A stretch of 64,000 nucleotides of DNA, from IMG/VR virus record IMGVR_UViG_3300010158_000057. One strand, 5' to 3'. Below, in pieces: positions 47,571-56,614 of the stretch (positions are counted from its first letter, which is position 1; every line of letters begins with the position of its first letter). The translations under genes were made by a program, and so were the position numbers. The DNA comes from an uncultured virus (IMG/VR IMGVR_UViG_3300010158_000057) (Duplodnaviria > Heunggongvirae > Uroviricota > Caudoviricetes). The notes beneath the pieces are model-generated. The model saw nothing but the letters and a program-made list of their open reading frames with translations. It had not been told where the DNA came from and made no database searches.

Positions 47571-49790
47571 TTAAGCCTCAGTATAAGATTTTTCGATCAA
47601 AGAATTATACACCAGAGAATAAAAAGAAGACTTAAGTTGTTTAATCTCGTCAACTGTTAGATCTCTATTGATTTCTGTTTTAATGGGTTTTAGCCAATTA
47701 TTATAAGCCCCAATAACCGTGGCGTGTTCTTTGGCATGAATGTTGGCTAATGCTTTGGTCATTAGGTCGGGGTCAATTGTGCAGGTTGGTGTGAGACTGA
47801 ATAAGATTTTGGTTTTAACCGAATCCATTTCCTTACTCTCTGCTTTAGATAAACTCCTCAAATTTTTCTTGTTATAAAAGTCTAATAAGATTGGATTAAG
47901 CATATCATTAATTTTATCTTGTGCTTCATTAGCCCATAGCATTAGGCTAGCTCCAGTCTGGGGCGAGAACTTTTTGGTTTTTCGGGGTGCAGAATCCTTA
48001 CTTAATTTAGGTCTGCCTTGTCCGGGGATACCTGGCAATGATTCTGGCGAATCATTTGCCAACTTCGTTGAAGGACCAGACTGAGGAGGGATTTTTTGTT
48101 CTAAAGCTGTTTTTTCTCCGCTTTTCTTTTTCTCTAGTTCTAGACCAACTTGGCTAGGAGTTACGGTACCTGTTTGTAAAGCAATCTTCTTGAGAGCATT
48201 TTCAACTTGAGGATCATTCCACGGTCCAGCTTTTGGAACCATTCTTTCTGAGTTTCTTTCTCTGGTTTCTCTATTGAGTCTACTCTTTTCCATGTCTGGA
48301 TCTATGCCGAACTTGGTTTGTAATAGCTCATCACTAATTACATTCCTATCTGCTAGTTGAATTAATAATGCTTTCTCAGCATCTTCATTACTTAAGTCCA
48401 TTCTATCAAATTCTATTTTAGCTCCATATTTAAAGCCCATAGCTTTTTGTACTAGCTCGATCTCTTTCTCCCAAAAAGAAATAAGCATATCTCTACCGTA
48501 CTGAAGTCTTTGTGTGAGAGTTTTGAGGGATATAAAATTGTTGGTTGTTCCGGCTGCTCCGAATGTTCCTGTTAATGTAGGAGGAATTCCCAAACCAGCA
48601 TATACGCTATTCATGTGGGGAACATATTTGCCTTCTCCTAAAAATTGATGAACACTTGTTTTAGATTCTATGAGTTCAATATCTGGTCCCCATACTAAAT
48701 CCATTGTGCCTCCACCAACATTATTACCCAAAATCTGAGCTAGCTTTGCTGTGGCTGCTTTTGTAGGAGCAATCTTGTGTTCTAGACTTCCTAATTTAAA
48801 AATACGAATATTAGAGATAGCCCCGTCAAGAGCTGCCATATCTGCTAGTTTAAGTTTTTCTATAACTGTAATATCATCCATTATAGAATAGACCATAGGA
48901 TATGCCCATGTTTGCCAATCGTCTTTTTTGTAGTGAAATACTAAAATCTTTTGTGGATCTAGAGGATATGGTTTTTTTGCTTTTGCTGCTTGAACTATCT
49001 GAGGAGGTAGATTATTAATGATTTCTTTTTCAGCATCGGACTGAGGAGAGTTGATCATTTTTCTCAAAATAGCAGGTAGTGTTAATTCATATCTTTTTTG
49101 AGAAACAAAAGAAGAAAGTGGACCAGCAGCAACATCTACAAATGACGGATCTATAAAAGTATACTTCCACGGAATTTCTCTTTTTTCTACTTGCACACTA
49201 TCCATATCAGCTATTTGAAGATCTGGGGAGCTTACTGCTCTATATAACTTATCTGTAACTTTAAGACTAAGTTTGCCCGTTTGTCTATTTATGACAACGT
49301 TACCCGTTTTATAAAGATTGTTAAGGAATCTTTCGCTGCGTTCCTTTCCTCCTATTTTCTTAAACCACTGTCTGTAAAATCGTTCTATCCTTTTATTTTT
49401 ATGACAGATATTAATCCCCTGTACAGCAAAATCTCCCATGAGATCTATAACATTTTTTACTAATCCAACCTTTTGGTAAATCTCATCAGATCTGCGCATA
49501 ATATCTTTGATGCGCTTGGGTACTGCTTCGTCTGGTCTAAAGAAGTCATAGTCACTTCTTGTTAGTCCTGGCCTACCTCCTGTGCTACCATCAAGATTAC
49601 TATAATCTACCCTGTAAAATCTACCAGCCTTGGATCGTTGTACCATTGTAAATTCGTCTAAAGATTCAGACGAAGTTTTTAGAGCTTCCTGTTTGCTGGC
49701 TAGGTCATCTCCCCAAGCAATATAGGCTTGATCTGGGATATGTGGTGCTGCATCTTGAATGATGGGATTTGTGGGCTGTTTATTGGCCAT
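47571..49790 (-). CDS. Portal protein
   Basis: 739 aa between TerL and protease; GLVKNVIDLMGDF, HYKKDDW, GLGIP motifs. Confidence 0.8.
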   Translation of the reverse strand: MANKQPTNPIIQDAAPHIPDQAYIAWGDDLASKQEALKTSSESLDEFTMVQRSKAGRFYRVDYSNLDGSTGGRPGLTRSDYDFFRPDEAVPKRIKDIMRRSDEIYQKVGLVKNVIDLMGDFAVQGINICHKNKRIERFYRQWFKKIGGKERSERFLNNLYKTGNVVINRQTGKLSLKVTDKLYRAVSSPDLQIADMDSVQVEKREIPWKYTFIDPSFVDVAAGPLSSFVSQKRYELTLPAILRKMINSPQSDAEKEIINNLPPQIVQAAKAKKPYPLDPQKILVFHYKKDDWQTWAYPMVYSIMDDITVIEKLKLADMAALDGAISNIRIFKLGSLEHKIAPTKAATAKLAQILGNNVGGGTMDLVWGPDIELIESKTSVHQFLGEGKYVPHMNSVYAGLGIPPTLTGTFGAAGTTNNFISLKTLTQRLQYGRDMLISFWEKEIELVQKAMGFKYGAKIEFDRMDLSNEDAEKALLIQLADRNVISDELLQTKFGIDPDMEKSRLNRETRERNSERMVPKAGPWNDPQVENALKKIALQTGTVTPSQVGLELEKKKSGEKTALEQKIPPQSGPSTKLANDSPESLPGIPGQGRPKLSKDSAPRKTKKFSPQTGASLMLWANEAQDKINDMLNPILLDFYNKKNLRSLSKAESKEMDSVKTKILFSLTPTCTIDPDLMTKALANIHAKEHATVIGAYNNWLKPIKTEINRDLTVDEIKQLKSSFYSLVYNSLIEKSYTEA
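47608..47613 (-). promoter_or_regulatory. Candidate late-promoter motif GGTGTA (inside the portal 3' end)
   Basis: About 39 bp upstream of the protease start. Confidence 0.45.
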
Positions 49791-49842
49791 AATATTCCAC
49801 GTTATGATTGTGATGGGATTACAATAGTATTATAAGAGATCA

Positions 49843-49848
49843 TACACT
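49843..49848 (-). promoter_or_regulatory. Candidate late-promoter motif AGTGTA
   Basis: Overlaps the TerL stop, about 53 bp upstream of the portal start. Confidence 0.45.
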
Positions 49849-51940
49849 ATTGTCTATAAATTCCAGTATATATATCTTCATTTACTGCTGAAGTAAACCA
49901 TTCTGGTCCTCTATATAATTGACCCTTATTTTCTGCAACATCTTTTAAATTACCACCAATAATATCATACTGAACTGGGGGAAGGGCTCTTTGTTGTTGT
50001 CTGGCCGCCATATTTGCCATTACTAAAGAACTATATCTATCTTTACGTAATCGTCCTTTTTTACCATTAGGAAGTTTAACTTCTGGAGTATCCCATCGAT
50101 CTCTAGCATTAGGTCCGTTGCTAGTTTGACTCATAACTATAGTGGTTAATTCATTTTTTAATTCTTCTATTTCCAGAATACATTCGCTAAGACTATCATA
50201 AATTGGGTTAAGCTCAGTATTGATAATATCTTTACCTTCAGCGTCTAGGGCTAAGCCCAATGTTAAATTATCAAATGCTGGGAATAACAATACTTTATCT
50301 TCAAGATCTTTTCTTAATCCGTGATTAGCTTGAGCTGTCCAGTCTGCTCTGGCAAACTGTATCAATTCTATTAAGTGTAAACCGGCTTGATCGTCTGTGT
50401 CTTTGTTTTTTTCTGGATTAATAACTGGCCAAATCAAATGCTCTCCTTCTTCTAGCTTTGAAGGATCATGCAAAGCCTCTTCAATAGAAACGCCACCACC
50501 TTGAGCATCAAGAACTATTCGTTCGCAAGGAAAGATTTTCATAAGATTGCGTATCTTTCTGCAACAAAATCCATAAAAATCATGTTCTGTTACTAGTCCT
50601 GTTTTTTGTCTATCTTTAAAGTTGCTTCTATTTGTTGTCCAACAATATACAATACGAGAATGGTCTGGATGAATTTCTAGTATAATGATACTAAAATTGT
50701 CTTGTTCACTAGCTGGGTCGATACCATATACATAACGTAAATTAGGATTGCCTTTTATTGTTGCTTCAAATAAAATGTGTTTATTATTTACTATGATTTG
50801 TTTGGAGCTAGATGTGACGCATCCTTCTATTAAGCTTCTTTTAAAGAAACCTTCACTATCATTAACAAAGCAAGCGGCATATTCCATATTGTAAATACCG
50901 GTATGGATAGTTGCTTTGGCTCGTGATACCTGTTTGTCATCCATGAATCCTTTGGGAATCAATTCATAAGGAATACGAATGATACTGTAATCTTTCCAAT
51001 TAAAATTACTAGGAATTTCCCCATTAAATAGTTCTTCTAGTTTGCGTTTATCTCCACCGCTTTCTATAATTCCCTTATATCGTCTCCAGTAAGAAGCAAA
51101 ATGCTTAAAACCATAATCTGCTGTTCCGGATACGATTGCTTGATTACCCATTTTTGTATTAAGAGTTTCTAATTCTTCATTCCATAGGCCAGCTTCTGTC
51201 ATGGCTGCTCTTTTGGCTTGTTCTTTAACGTTTTGAATCGGAGTAGCTGAAACTGCTGCGAAGCCTGAAACCACCGTCTCGTAAATATCTGGAGATATAG
51301 AAGCAAATTCGTCAGCAATAATAATGTGGGCTCTTAAACCTCTAATCTTACTACCATCACCCATGGGGATAGCTATTGTCCAACTATCTCCTAATCTTAA
51401 AGTACATCGATCAACGTCTCTTCTTGGTCCATCATCATTTCCCGTAAAGATACTGCGTAATATTGCGCTATTCCTCCAGATAGTTTCCATGTATTCGAAA
51501 ATAATCTTACTCTGTCGAAAAGCAGCACCAACTACTACTATCTTGGTGCCAGGGAAAAAAGCACATCGTAAAATACAGTATAAAGCCAATAAGAATGACT
51601 TACCCCAACCACGACTAGCTATATACATAGGAAAAGAGCGTATCCAAAATTCTTGCAAAATAGCAACTTGAATAGGATGTAACTCTATATCAAAGAGTAA
51701 TTTGCATGTTGATCCTAGATAATGAGGATTGCGTAATATTCTCATAAGATGCAAATCAGGATTTTCTATATCTTCTTTGACCCTATTTATCATGGGGTTA
51801 GAAGGAACTATAATCTCAGAAAGATCTCCAAGCCCTAACCATGCATCTTCAAATATCTTTTTGCTGTTTGACTTTTTCAATATAGTGAACTTTCTTAAGA
51901 ATATATTCTGCCATTTGTTCTGCATCAGACGATGAACCAC
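49847..51940 (-). CDS. terL: Terminase large subunit
   Basis: Walker A ASRGWGKS, Walker B IIIADEF, RNase-H-like YGIDPA...DAQGGG...KDRYSS. True start uncertain (possibly TTG at about 51880). Confidence 0.93.
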   Translation of the reverse strand: MVHRLMQNKWQNIFLRKFTILKKSNSKKIFEDAWLGLGDLSEIIVPSNPMINRVKEDIENPDLHLMRILRNPHYLGSTCKLLFDIELHPIQVAILQEFWIRSFPMYIASRGWGKSFLLALYCILRCAFFPGTKIVVVGAAFRQSKIIFEYMETIWRNSAILRSIFTGNDDGPRRDVDRCTLRLGDSWTIAIPMGDGSKIRGLRAHIIIADEFASISPDIYETVVSGFAAVSATPIQNVKEQAKRAAMTEAGLWNEELETLNTKMGNQAIVSGTADYGFKHFASYWRRYKGIIESGGDKRKLEELFNGEIPSNFNWKDYSIIRIPYELIPKGFMDDKQVSRAKATIHTGIYNMEYAACFVNDSEGFFKRSLIEGCVTSSSKQIIVNNKHILFEATIKGNPNLRYVYGIDPASEQDNFSIIILEIHPDHSRIVYCWTTNRSNFKDRQKTGLVTEHDFYGFCCRKIRNLMKIFPCERIVLDAQGGGVSIEEALHDPSKLEEGEHLIWPVINPEKNKDTDDQAGLHLIELIQFARADWTAQANHGLRKDLEDKVLLFPAFDNLTLGLALDAEGKDIINTELNPIYDSLSECILEIEELKNELTTIVMSQTSNGPNARDRWDTPEVKLPNGKKGRLRKDRYSSLVMANMAARQQQRALPPVQYDIIGGNLKDVAENKGQLYRGPEWFTSAVNEDIYTGIYRQ

Positions 51941-52331
51941 AGAATAATACTTTAATATTATGATTTAGTTGTAGTTCTAAAATGTGTTTGACTATAAATG
52001 CTGGAGATATTTTTATTTTATCCCAAAGTCTACGAGGAAGATTAGATCCTATTGGATAACTTAAAACTTGTGCAAGATCGAACTCAAGAAGCAAGAAAGC
52101 GTACTTGAACTTGCTCATTCGATCTACAACATCAATAAATCTAGACTCTGTGAGATTGTTGGCAACTTCACTGACGCTTTTTTTACGCTCTATACATACA
52201 ACGTCTTCTAGTCCTTCAATACTATAATCTCCAGTGTCTAGTTTTCTACTAGCTGTAGTATAGTGCTCAAAAGCCCAGGGTTGCTGTTCTCTGGTATCTA
52301 TAATTATAGTAAAATCATCATGCTTGCTCAT
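51849..52331 (-). CDS. ERCC4/XPF-family nuclease
   Basis: IIIDTREQ...LDTGDYS...CIERK. Confidence 0.85.
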   Translation of the reverse strand: MSKHDDFTIIIDTREQQPWAFEHYTTASRKLDTGDYSIEGLEDVVCIERKKSVSEVANNLTESRFIDVVDRMSKFKYAFLLLEFDLAQVLSYPIGSNLPRRLWDKIKISPAFIVKHILELQLNHNIKVLFCGSSSDAEQMAEYILKKVHYIEKVKQQKDI

Positions 52332-52911
52332 TACTTTGCTCTTTGGCCATTAGTCGTCGAGACTTATTAATAGCTCTTTGTACCATAGCTTTGGCTACCA
52401 TCTCGATAAACGGAAGATTGCGTTTGGAACTCTCTTCCTTGAGCCAACTTAAAATGGTGGGCATGTTTTGATCGCACCAGTCTGGTCCCTTTTCATTCAT
52501 TTCTAGGGCGTGGCGGCGACAAGAACAGTTGGATGTGCTTTTAATTCCGAGTGAGCTAATCATACCTGTTAGAATTGATCCTGGACCATTAGGATTTTGT
52601 TCTAATGTTTTTGGAAATAAGCTTTGTAAGGTTTCTTTTATTTCTTCTGCTGTATTTCCAAGCTGTGATCTAAGGGCTCGGTCTGCTTGTTCTTGAGTCC
52701 AGTTTCCAATAATGTCATACTGTTGACCTGAGAATAATGTGAAAGATCCTGGTAATCCGTTAATGTAAGCGACCAAATTTTTACTAGATGGAGTATCTAC
52801 ATAAGAAACATTTAAAACATCAAAAGTCATAGACCCTGGACTAACTACTTGATTATTTTCGTTAGTGAAAGGAGGAGGGGTTATTGTTATTTGAGACTCT
52901 AATTTGATCAT
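52318..52911 (-). CDS. Hypothetical protein with a C-terminal Cys motif
   Basis: 197 aa; GPGS...NCSC...MN..GPDWC. Confidence 0.75.
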   Translation of the reverse strand: MIKLESQITITPPPFTNENNQVVSPGSMTFDVLNVSYVDTPSSKNLVAYINGLPGSFTLFSGQQYDIIGNWTQEQADRALRSQLGNTAEEIKETLQSLFPKTLEQNPNGPGSILTGMISSLGIKSTSNCSCRRHALEMNEKGPDWCDQNMPTILSWLKEESSKRNLPFIEMVAKAMVQRAINKSRRLMAKEQSNEQA

Positions 52912-53186
52912 GGTTCTTTCCTTTGGTTTTTAGCTAGAATTATTTTTAAAAAACTGAGACTATAATCTTCTTCCATACCTTTAATAAGGTCATGATGATA
53001 TTTGCACAATGTTATTCCATTATTAACCTCAAATCGTAAGCCAGGAAAACCAGCCCACGTTTTAATATGATGAGCATTTATTCTTTTCTTCATGGTACAA
53101 TTTGGCCATTGGCACTTATAGTTATCCCTTTTATAAACAGCTTTACGCCATTTCTTATATTGAGGATCTCCAAAATTTCTAAACAT
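52908..53186 (-). CDS. HNH endonuclease
   Basis: WRKAVYKRDNYKCQWPNC...AHHIK...NGITLCKYHH. Confidence 0.88.
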   Translation of the reverse strand: MFRNFGDPQYKKWRKAVYKRDNYKCQWPNCTMKKRINAHHIKTWAGFPGLRFEVNNGITLCKYHHDLIKGMEEDYSLSFLKIILAKNQRKEP

Positions 53187-54249
53187 GGACTATTCCTGGG
53201 GGTGGACCACAAGTAGCATTATTATTTCTGGCTATTTGATTGGCCAATTCAAAATCTGAATACACCATATCGGCCACTAATTCTTGAAAAGATATTTCTG
53301 GCTTCCAGTCCAGTGACCTTTGGGCTTTAGAAGAATCCCCCTTTAGATATTCTACTTCTGATGGTCTGTATAAAGAAGGGTCTATTTCGAGATGTTCTTC
53401 ATAATTTAAGTTGAATAATTTAAAGCTATGATATAGAAAGTCTTTTACGCTATTGGTTTGTCCTGTGGCTATAACATAGTCCTGTGGTTTGTCTTGTTGT
53501 AGCATAAGATGCATAGCTCGTACAAAATCTTTGGCATGACCCCAATCTCGATAAGCATTAATATTTCCTAATTTTAAAGAAACATATTTATCTCCACTTA
53601 AAAAACCATTAGTTAATTCCCCCAGATATTTGGTAATTTTGCGAGTGACAAAATTCTCACCCCTTCGTGGGCTTTCATGATTAAATAAGATGCCACAACA
53701 AGCAAATAGTCCATAGGATTCTCTATAAATATGAACCATCCTGTGACTAGCCAATTTGGCTACTGCATAAGGACTTTGAGGAGCAAAAGGAGTCTCTTCA
53801 TTCTGATACTGCTCCATTCTGTTATATGCCTCCGACCATTGCTGTGTTGAATTCGCCCCAAACATTTCGCTAGTACTAGCCTGATAAAATTTGGAGTGTG
53901 GAGATATTATTCTTAAGGCTTCTAGTAGATTAACTACTCCTATAGTATTAATCTCTAAGGTTGTCGAAGGTTGTTTGAAGCTGGTCCCAACGTGACTCTG
54001 AGCAGCTAAGTTATAGAATTCTTCTGGGTGGTATTTTTCGCACACCCTAACACATCCACTAGGATCTGTAATATCAAACTCTTCCAAAGAAAAATTTGAA
54101 TTATCAAGCAAGTGTTTTATTCTTTCAAAATTATTTACGCTACTTCTGCGATGTAGTCCAACTACTTTATAGTCTTTATCTAGAAGATAGTCTGCTAAAT
54201 AGCTTCCGTCCTGTCCGGTAATTCCTGTGATCAAAGCTGTTTTATTCAT
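53179..54249 (-). CDS. gmd: GDP-mannose 4,6-dehydratase
   Basis: ALITGITGQDGSYLA, YNLAAQSHV, QASTSE, SPYAVAK, GILFNHESPRRGENFVTRKIT, RDWGHA. Confidence 0.97.
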   Translation of the reverse strand: MNKTALITGITGQDGSYLADYLLDKDYKVVGLHRRSSVNNFERIKHLLDNSNFSLEEFDITDPSGCVRVCEKYHPEEFYNLAAQSHVGTSFKQPSTTLEINTIGVVNLLEALRIISPHSKFYQASTSEMFGANSTQQWSEAYNRMEQYQNEETPFAPQSPYAVAKLASHRMVHIYRESYGLFACCGILFNHESPRRGENFVTRKITKYLGELTNGFLSGDKYVSLKLGNINAYRDWGHAKDFVRAMHLMLQQDKPQDYVIATGQTNSVKDFLYHSFKLFNLNYEEHLEIDPSLYRPSEVEYLKGDSSKAQRSLDWKPEISFQELVADMVYSDFELANQIARNNNATCGPPPGIVHV

Positions 54250-55072
54250 CGTTTTTCTCTATAGTGTCTGCTGTTAGAAAGGGTTTATCCAAAACTTTAT
54301 CCTCATAGGCATGATATTGACTAAGCATGGTCTTGTACTTTTCAGTTGCCATACTAAGAATTTCCATTTCACGACCTTCTTTTTCTCTTACGTCTTCGTC
54401 TTCTAACATTCGGATAAGACCTACCCAAGAGCTTTTTCCGTCTTCTATTCTTTTGATTCTTTGTTCTCTGGTAGCCTTGAGATCCTTGCTGATCTTTTGT
54501 TGCTCGTTTAAGAGCTTGGTATATTCATTAGTATAATTCGCAATACTATTGCGAGCAAAGCTCAGTTGTGTTTCTAGGTTGGCCAGTTTTGGAATGTCTC
54601 TGTCTGTCTCGGATTTTTCATATTCTTTATCTACTTGTTTTTGTAGTTTCTCTGTTTCTGATATGTGTCTTTTTCTTTCTTTCATGCTTCGATTAATAAG
54701 AATGTCAATAGTAATAAATTGTTTAATCTGTAGTTCTTCTGCTGCTAAAACATCTTCTCTAAACTGTTTAATTAATCCTATCCATGTATCTTCAAAATAT
54801 TTTAGTTCACCAGTATCTTCGTCAAACTGTCTGAGTATCTCTGACCAAAACGTTTTGGCGTGCAGTTTTTGTCTTAGGATTTCTTGTTCATTTCTATCTT
54901 CTGACGAAACGACTAATTTATTCTCTGACACATACCTTTGTATGGGTGGAAGATTTCTGTTCAGAGCTTCGGCTATATCCTCTAAAGACAAAGAACCAAA
55001 GTTGTCTGTTATGAACTTTTCCTCTTCGAGACTTAATTGTCCTCGTTTTCTTGGAGATTTTCTGGTGTCCAC
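54242..55072 (-). CDS. Hypothetical protein with an N-terminal HTH and coiled coil; candidate terminase small subunit
   Basis: LSLEDIAEALNR HTH followed by long helices; lies in the operon upstream of terL. TerS call is positional inference. Confidence 0.5.
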   Translation of the reverse strand: MDTRKSPRKRGQLSLEEEKFITDNFGSLSLEDIAEALNRNLPPIQRYVSENKLVVSSEDRNEQEILRQKLHAKTFWSEILRQFDEDTGELKYFEDTWIGLIKQFREDVLAAEELQIKQFITIDILINRSMKERKRHISETEKLQKQVDKEYEKSETDRDIPKLANLETQLSFARNSIANYTNEYTKLLNEQQKISKDLKATREQRIKRIEDGKSSWVGLIRMLEDEDVREKEGREMEILSMATEKYKTMLSQYHAYEDKVLDKPFLTADTIEKNDE

Positions 55073-55734
55073 TTGTTGTTCCTGAGTATTTCGTTAATGT
55101 GACTTTTTAGTTTATCAAGTTGCTGTCTGGGAATTTTAAGTCCATGTTTAAGCTTTAAATAAGTTTCTCTATATTCTGATTGAACATGTTGATCCAAAAA
55201 TTTAATAATCTCATTGTTTTGTATGTTATTGAAAAGCTCATCTTTAGCTAGGGTATTATGTAAATTTTCATGATCACTAATATAAGATGGCTGCATAATG
55301 TTCTTTTTAGAGTCATTTCGACTTGCCCATGCTGAATATAATTCGCACTCTGTTTTGTCGGTATACTTGGAACATTGATTTGTTGAACATTGATATGCTT
55401 TGTCAAAAAGAGGACAAGTTAAACATGGCTTGTCGGGTCTCTGGTAATTATTCCTTTTATAATTGAATAGACGATTACGAACATGGGTCCATAAGAAATT
55501 TTCTAATGGGCGTGAGTGATCGTACTTTTCTAATCCTTCAAGAGCAAAAATAGCCGCTTGTTGTTTCATATCATCAAAGTCATGATATCCAAATTTGAAT
55601 TTATTAGCTAGTCTTCTACTTATGTTATCTAAAACTATTAAAAATTCCTCTTCTGACACACCATATAAATTAGCGCTATTAATTTTTTTCTTTTTGCTTT
55701 TTAGTGTTATTTTCTTCTTCTTGTTGTTCGGCAT
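55033..55734 (-). CDS. Sigma-70-like factor (region 2) with a Cys-rich insertion
   Basis: DFDDMKQQAAIFALEGLEKYD...NFLWTHVRNRLFNYKR resembles sigma region 2; followed by CLTC...C...C...C. Confidence 0.65.
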   Translation of the reverse strand: MPNNKKKKITLKSKKKKINSANLYGVSEEEFLIVLDNISRRLANKFKFGYHDFDDMKQQAAIFALEGLEKYDHSRPLENFLWTHVRNRLFNYKRNNYQRPDKPCLTCPLFDKAYQCSTNQCSKYTDKTECELYSAWASRNDSKKNIMQPSYISDHENLHNTLAKDELFNNIQNNEIIKFLDQHVQSEYRETYLKLKHGLKIPRQQLDKLKSHINEILRNNKWTPENLQENEDN

Positions 55735-55855
55735 CTAGTAGTTCTGCTATAGTTTTGGTTTGTACACAATCAAAATCTGCTGACACGTCCATAATGCTGC
55801 CAACGGCTTTAACGTCCAAAACGGAGTCTGTTATCTTAATTTTGGGATTATTCAT
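55679..55855 (-). CDS. Small hypothetical protein
   Basis: AGGAG SD before MNNPKIK; first gene of the late operon. Confidence 0.55.
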   Translation of the reverse strand: MNNPKIKITDSVLDVKAVGSIMDVSADFDCVQTKTIAELLDAEQQEEENNTKKQKEKN

Positions 55856-55921
55856 CTTTTCTCCTTGCATCAAACTTGTCAATCTATAATATAATAGAGT
55901 ATTCTAGTCTGTAGTCAATAT

Positions 55922-55927
55922 TACACC
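55922..55927 (-). promoter_or_regulatory. Candidate late-promoter motif GGTGTA
   Basis: In the divergent intergenic gap upstream of the sigma-like/terminase operon. Confidence 0.5.
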
Positions 55928-55943
55928 AAAAGGAACATTTTTT

Positions 55944-56177
55944 ATGGCTAATTACAAGAAGTGGACAGAAGCCGAATTGAAGTTTATTAATGAGAATCAG
56001 AAGTTGTTGAGTGATGATGAGTTAGCCGCTAAGCTTAGCCAAATGACCACACAAAACATTACAACCAGCATGATTCGTAGGCAGCGAAGAAAGCTAGGAA
56101 TTAAAAAAGCTAAGGGTCGAAGGCCAAAGATTAGGATTGTGGAAAGTCCTGAGGAAAATAGTACTCAGAGCGTTTGA
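55944..56177 (+). CDS. Small Myb/HTH-like DNA-binding protein
   Basis: KKWTEAELKFI...DDELAAKL...IRRQRRKLGIKK; AAGGA SD; divergent from the late operon. Confidence 0.7.
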   Translation: MANYKKWTEAELKFINENQKLLSDDELAAKLSQMTTQNITTSMIRRQRRKLGIKKAKGRRPKIRIVESPEENSTQSV

Positions 56178-56202
56178 CTTACTAATAATAGTAAATAAAT
56201 AA

Positions 56203-56239
56203 TAAAATGGGGATAGTCGTAATTGGCTGTCCCTTTTTT
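56203..56239. terminator. Bidirectional-type intrinsic terminator between convergent genes
   Basis: GGGATAGTC-GTAATT-GGCTGTCCC stem (G-U pairs) with a T-run on + and an A-run on the other side. Confidence 0.75.
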
Positions 56240-56597
56240 ATTCAACGTTCTTTAAACCTCGTGTAAAAACCAATCTACGACTAGAACTAGAAGAAGACGC
56301 AGAAGAGAATCCGAGTCTTTCTTGTTTGGTGTGTTTGGTTGATGGAATATCTATTGCGATTTTATTTGGATTGTGAATATTTGGCCTAGATTTATTAATA
56401 AGATCTATTAAAGAAATATCTTCTCTAGATGGATATATAGGATCAATATGTTCTATATGTTGTTTAGGAGCATAGGTTATTGTGTCTAATATTTGTATCT
56501 CTAAGTGAAGATAATCAATAACTGGAATTTGATATAGTCCATTATTAAACTGGTAAAAAATACGATGGCCATAGTTGTAATAAGCTGAGTTGTTCAT
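56238..56597 (-). CDS. Hypothetical protein
   Basis: 119 aa; AGGA SD. Confidence 0.6.
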   Translation of the reverse strand: MNNSAYYNYGHRIFYQFNNGLYQIPVIDYLHLEIQILDTITYAPKQHIEHIDPIYPSREDISLIDLINKSRPNIHNPNKIAIDIPSTKHTKQERLGFSSASSSSSSRRLVFTRGLKNVE

Positions 56598-56614
56598 AAA
56601 TATTCCTATTTAAA

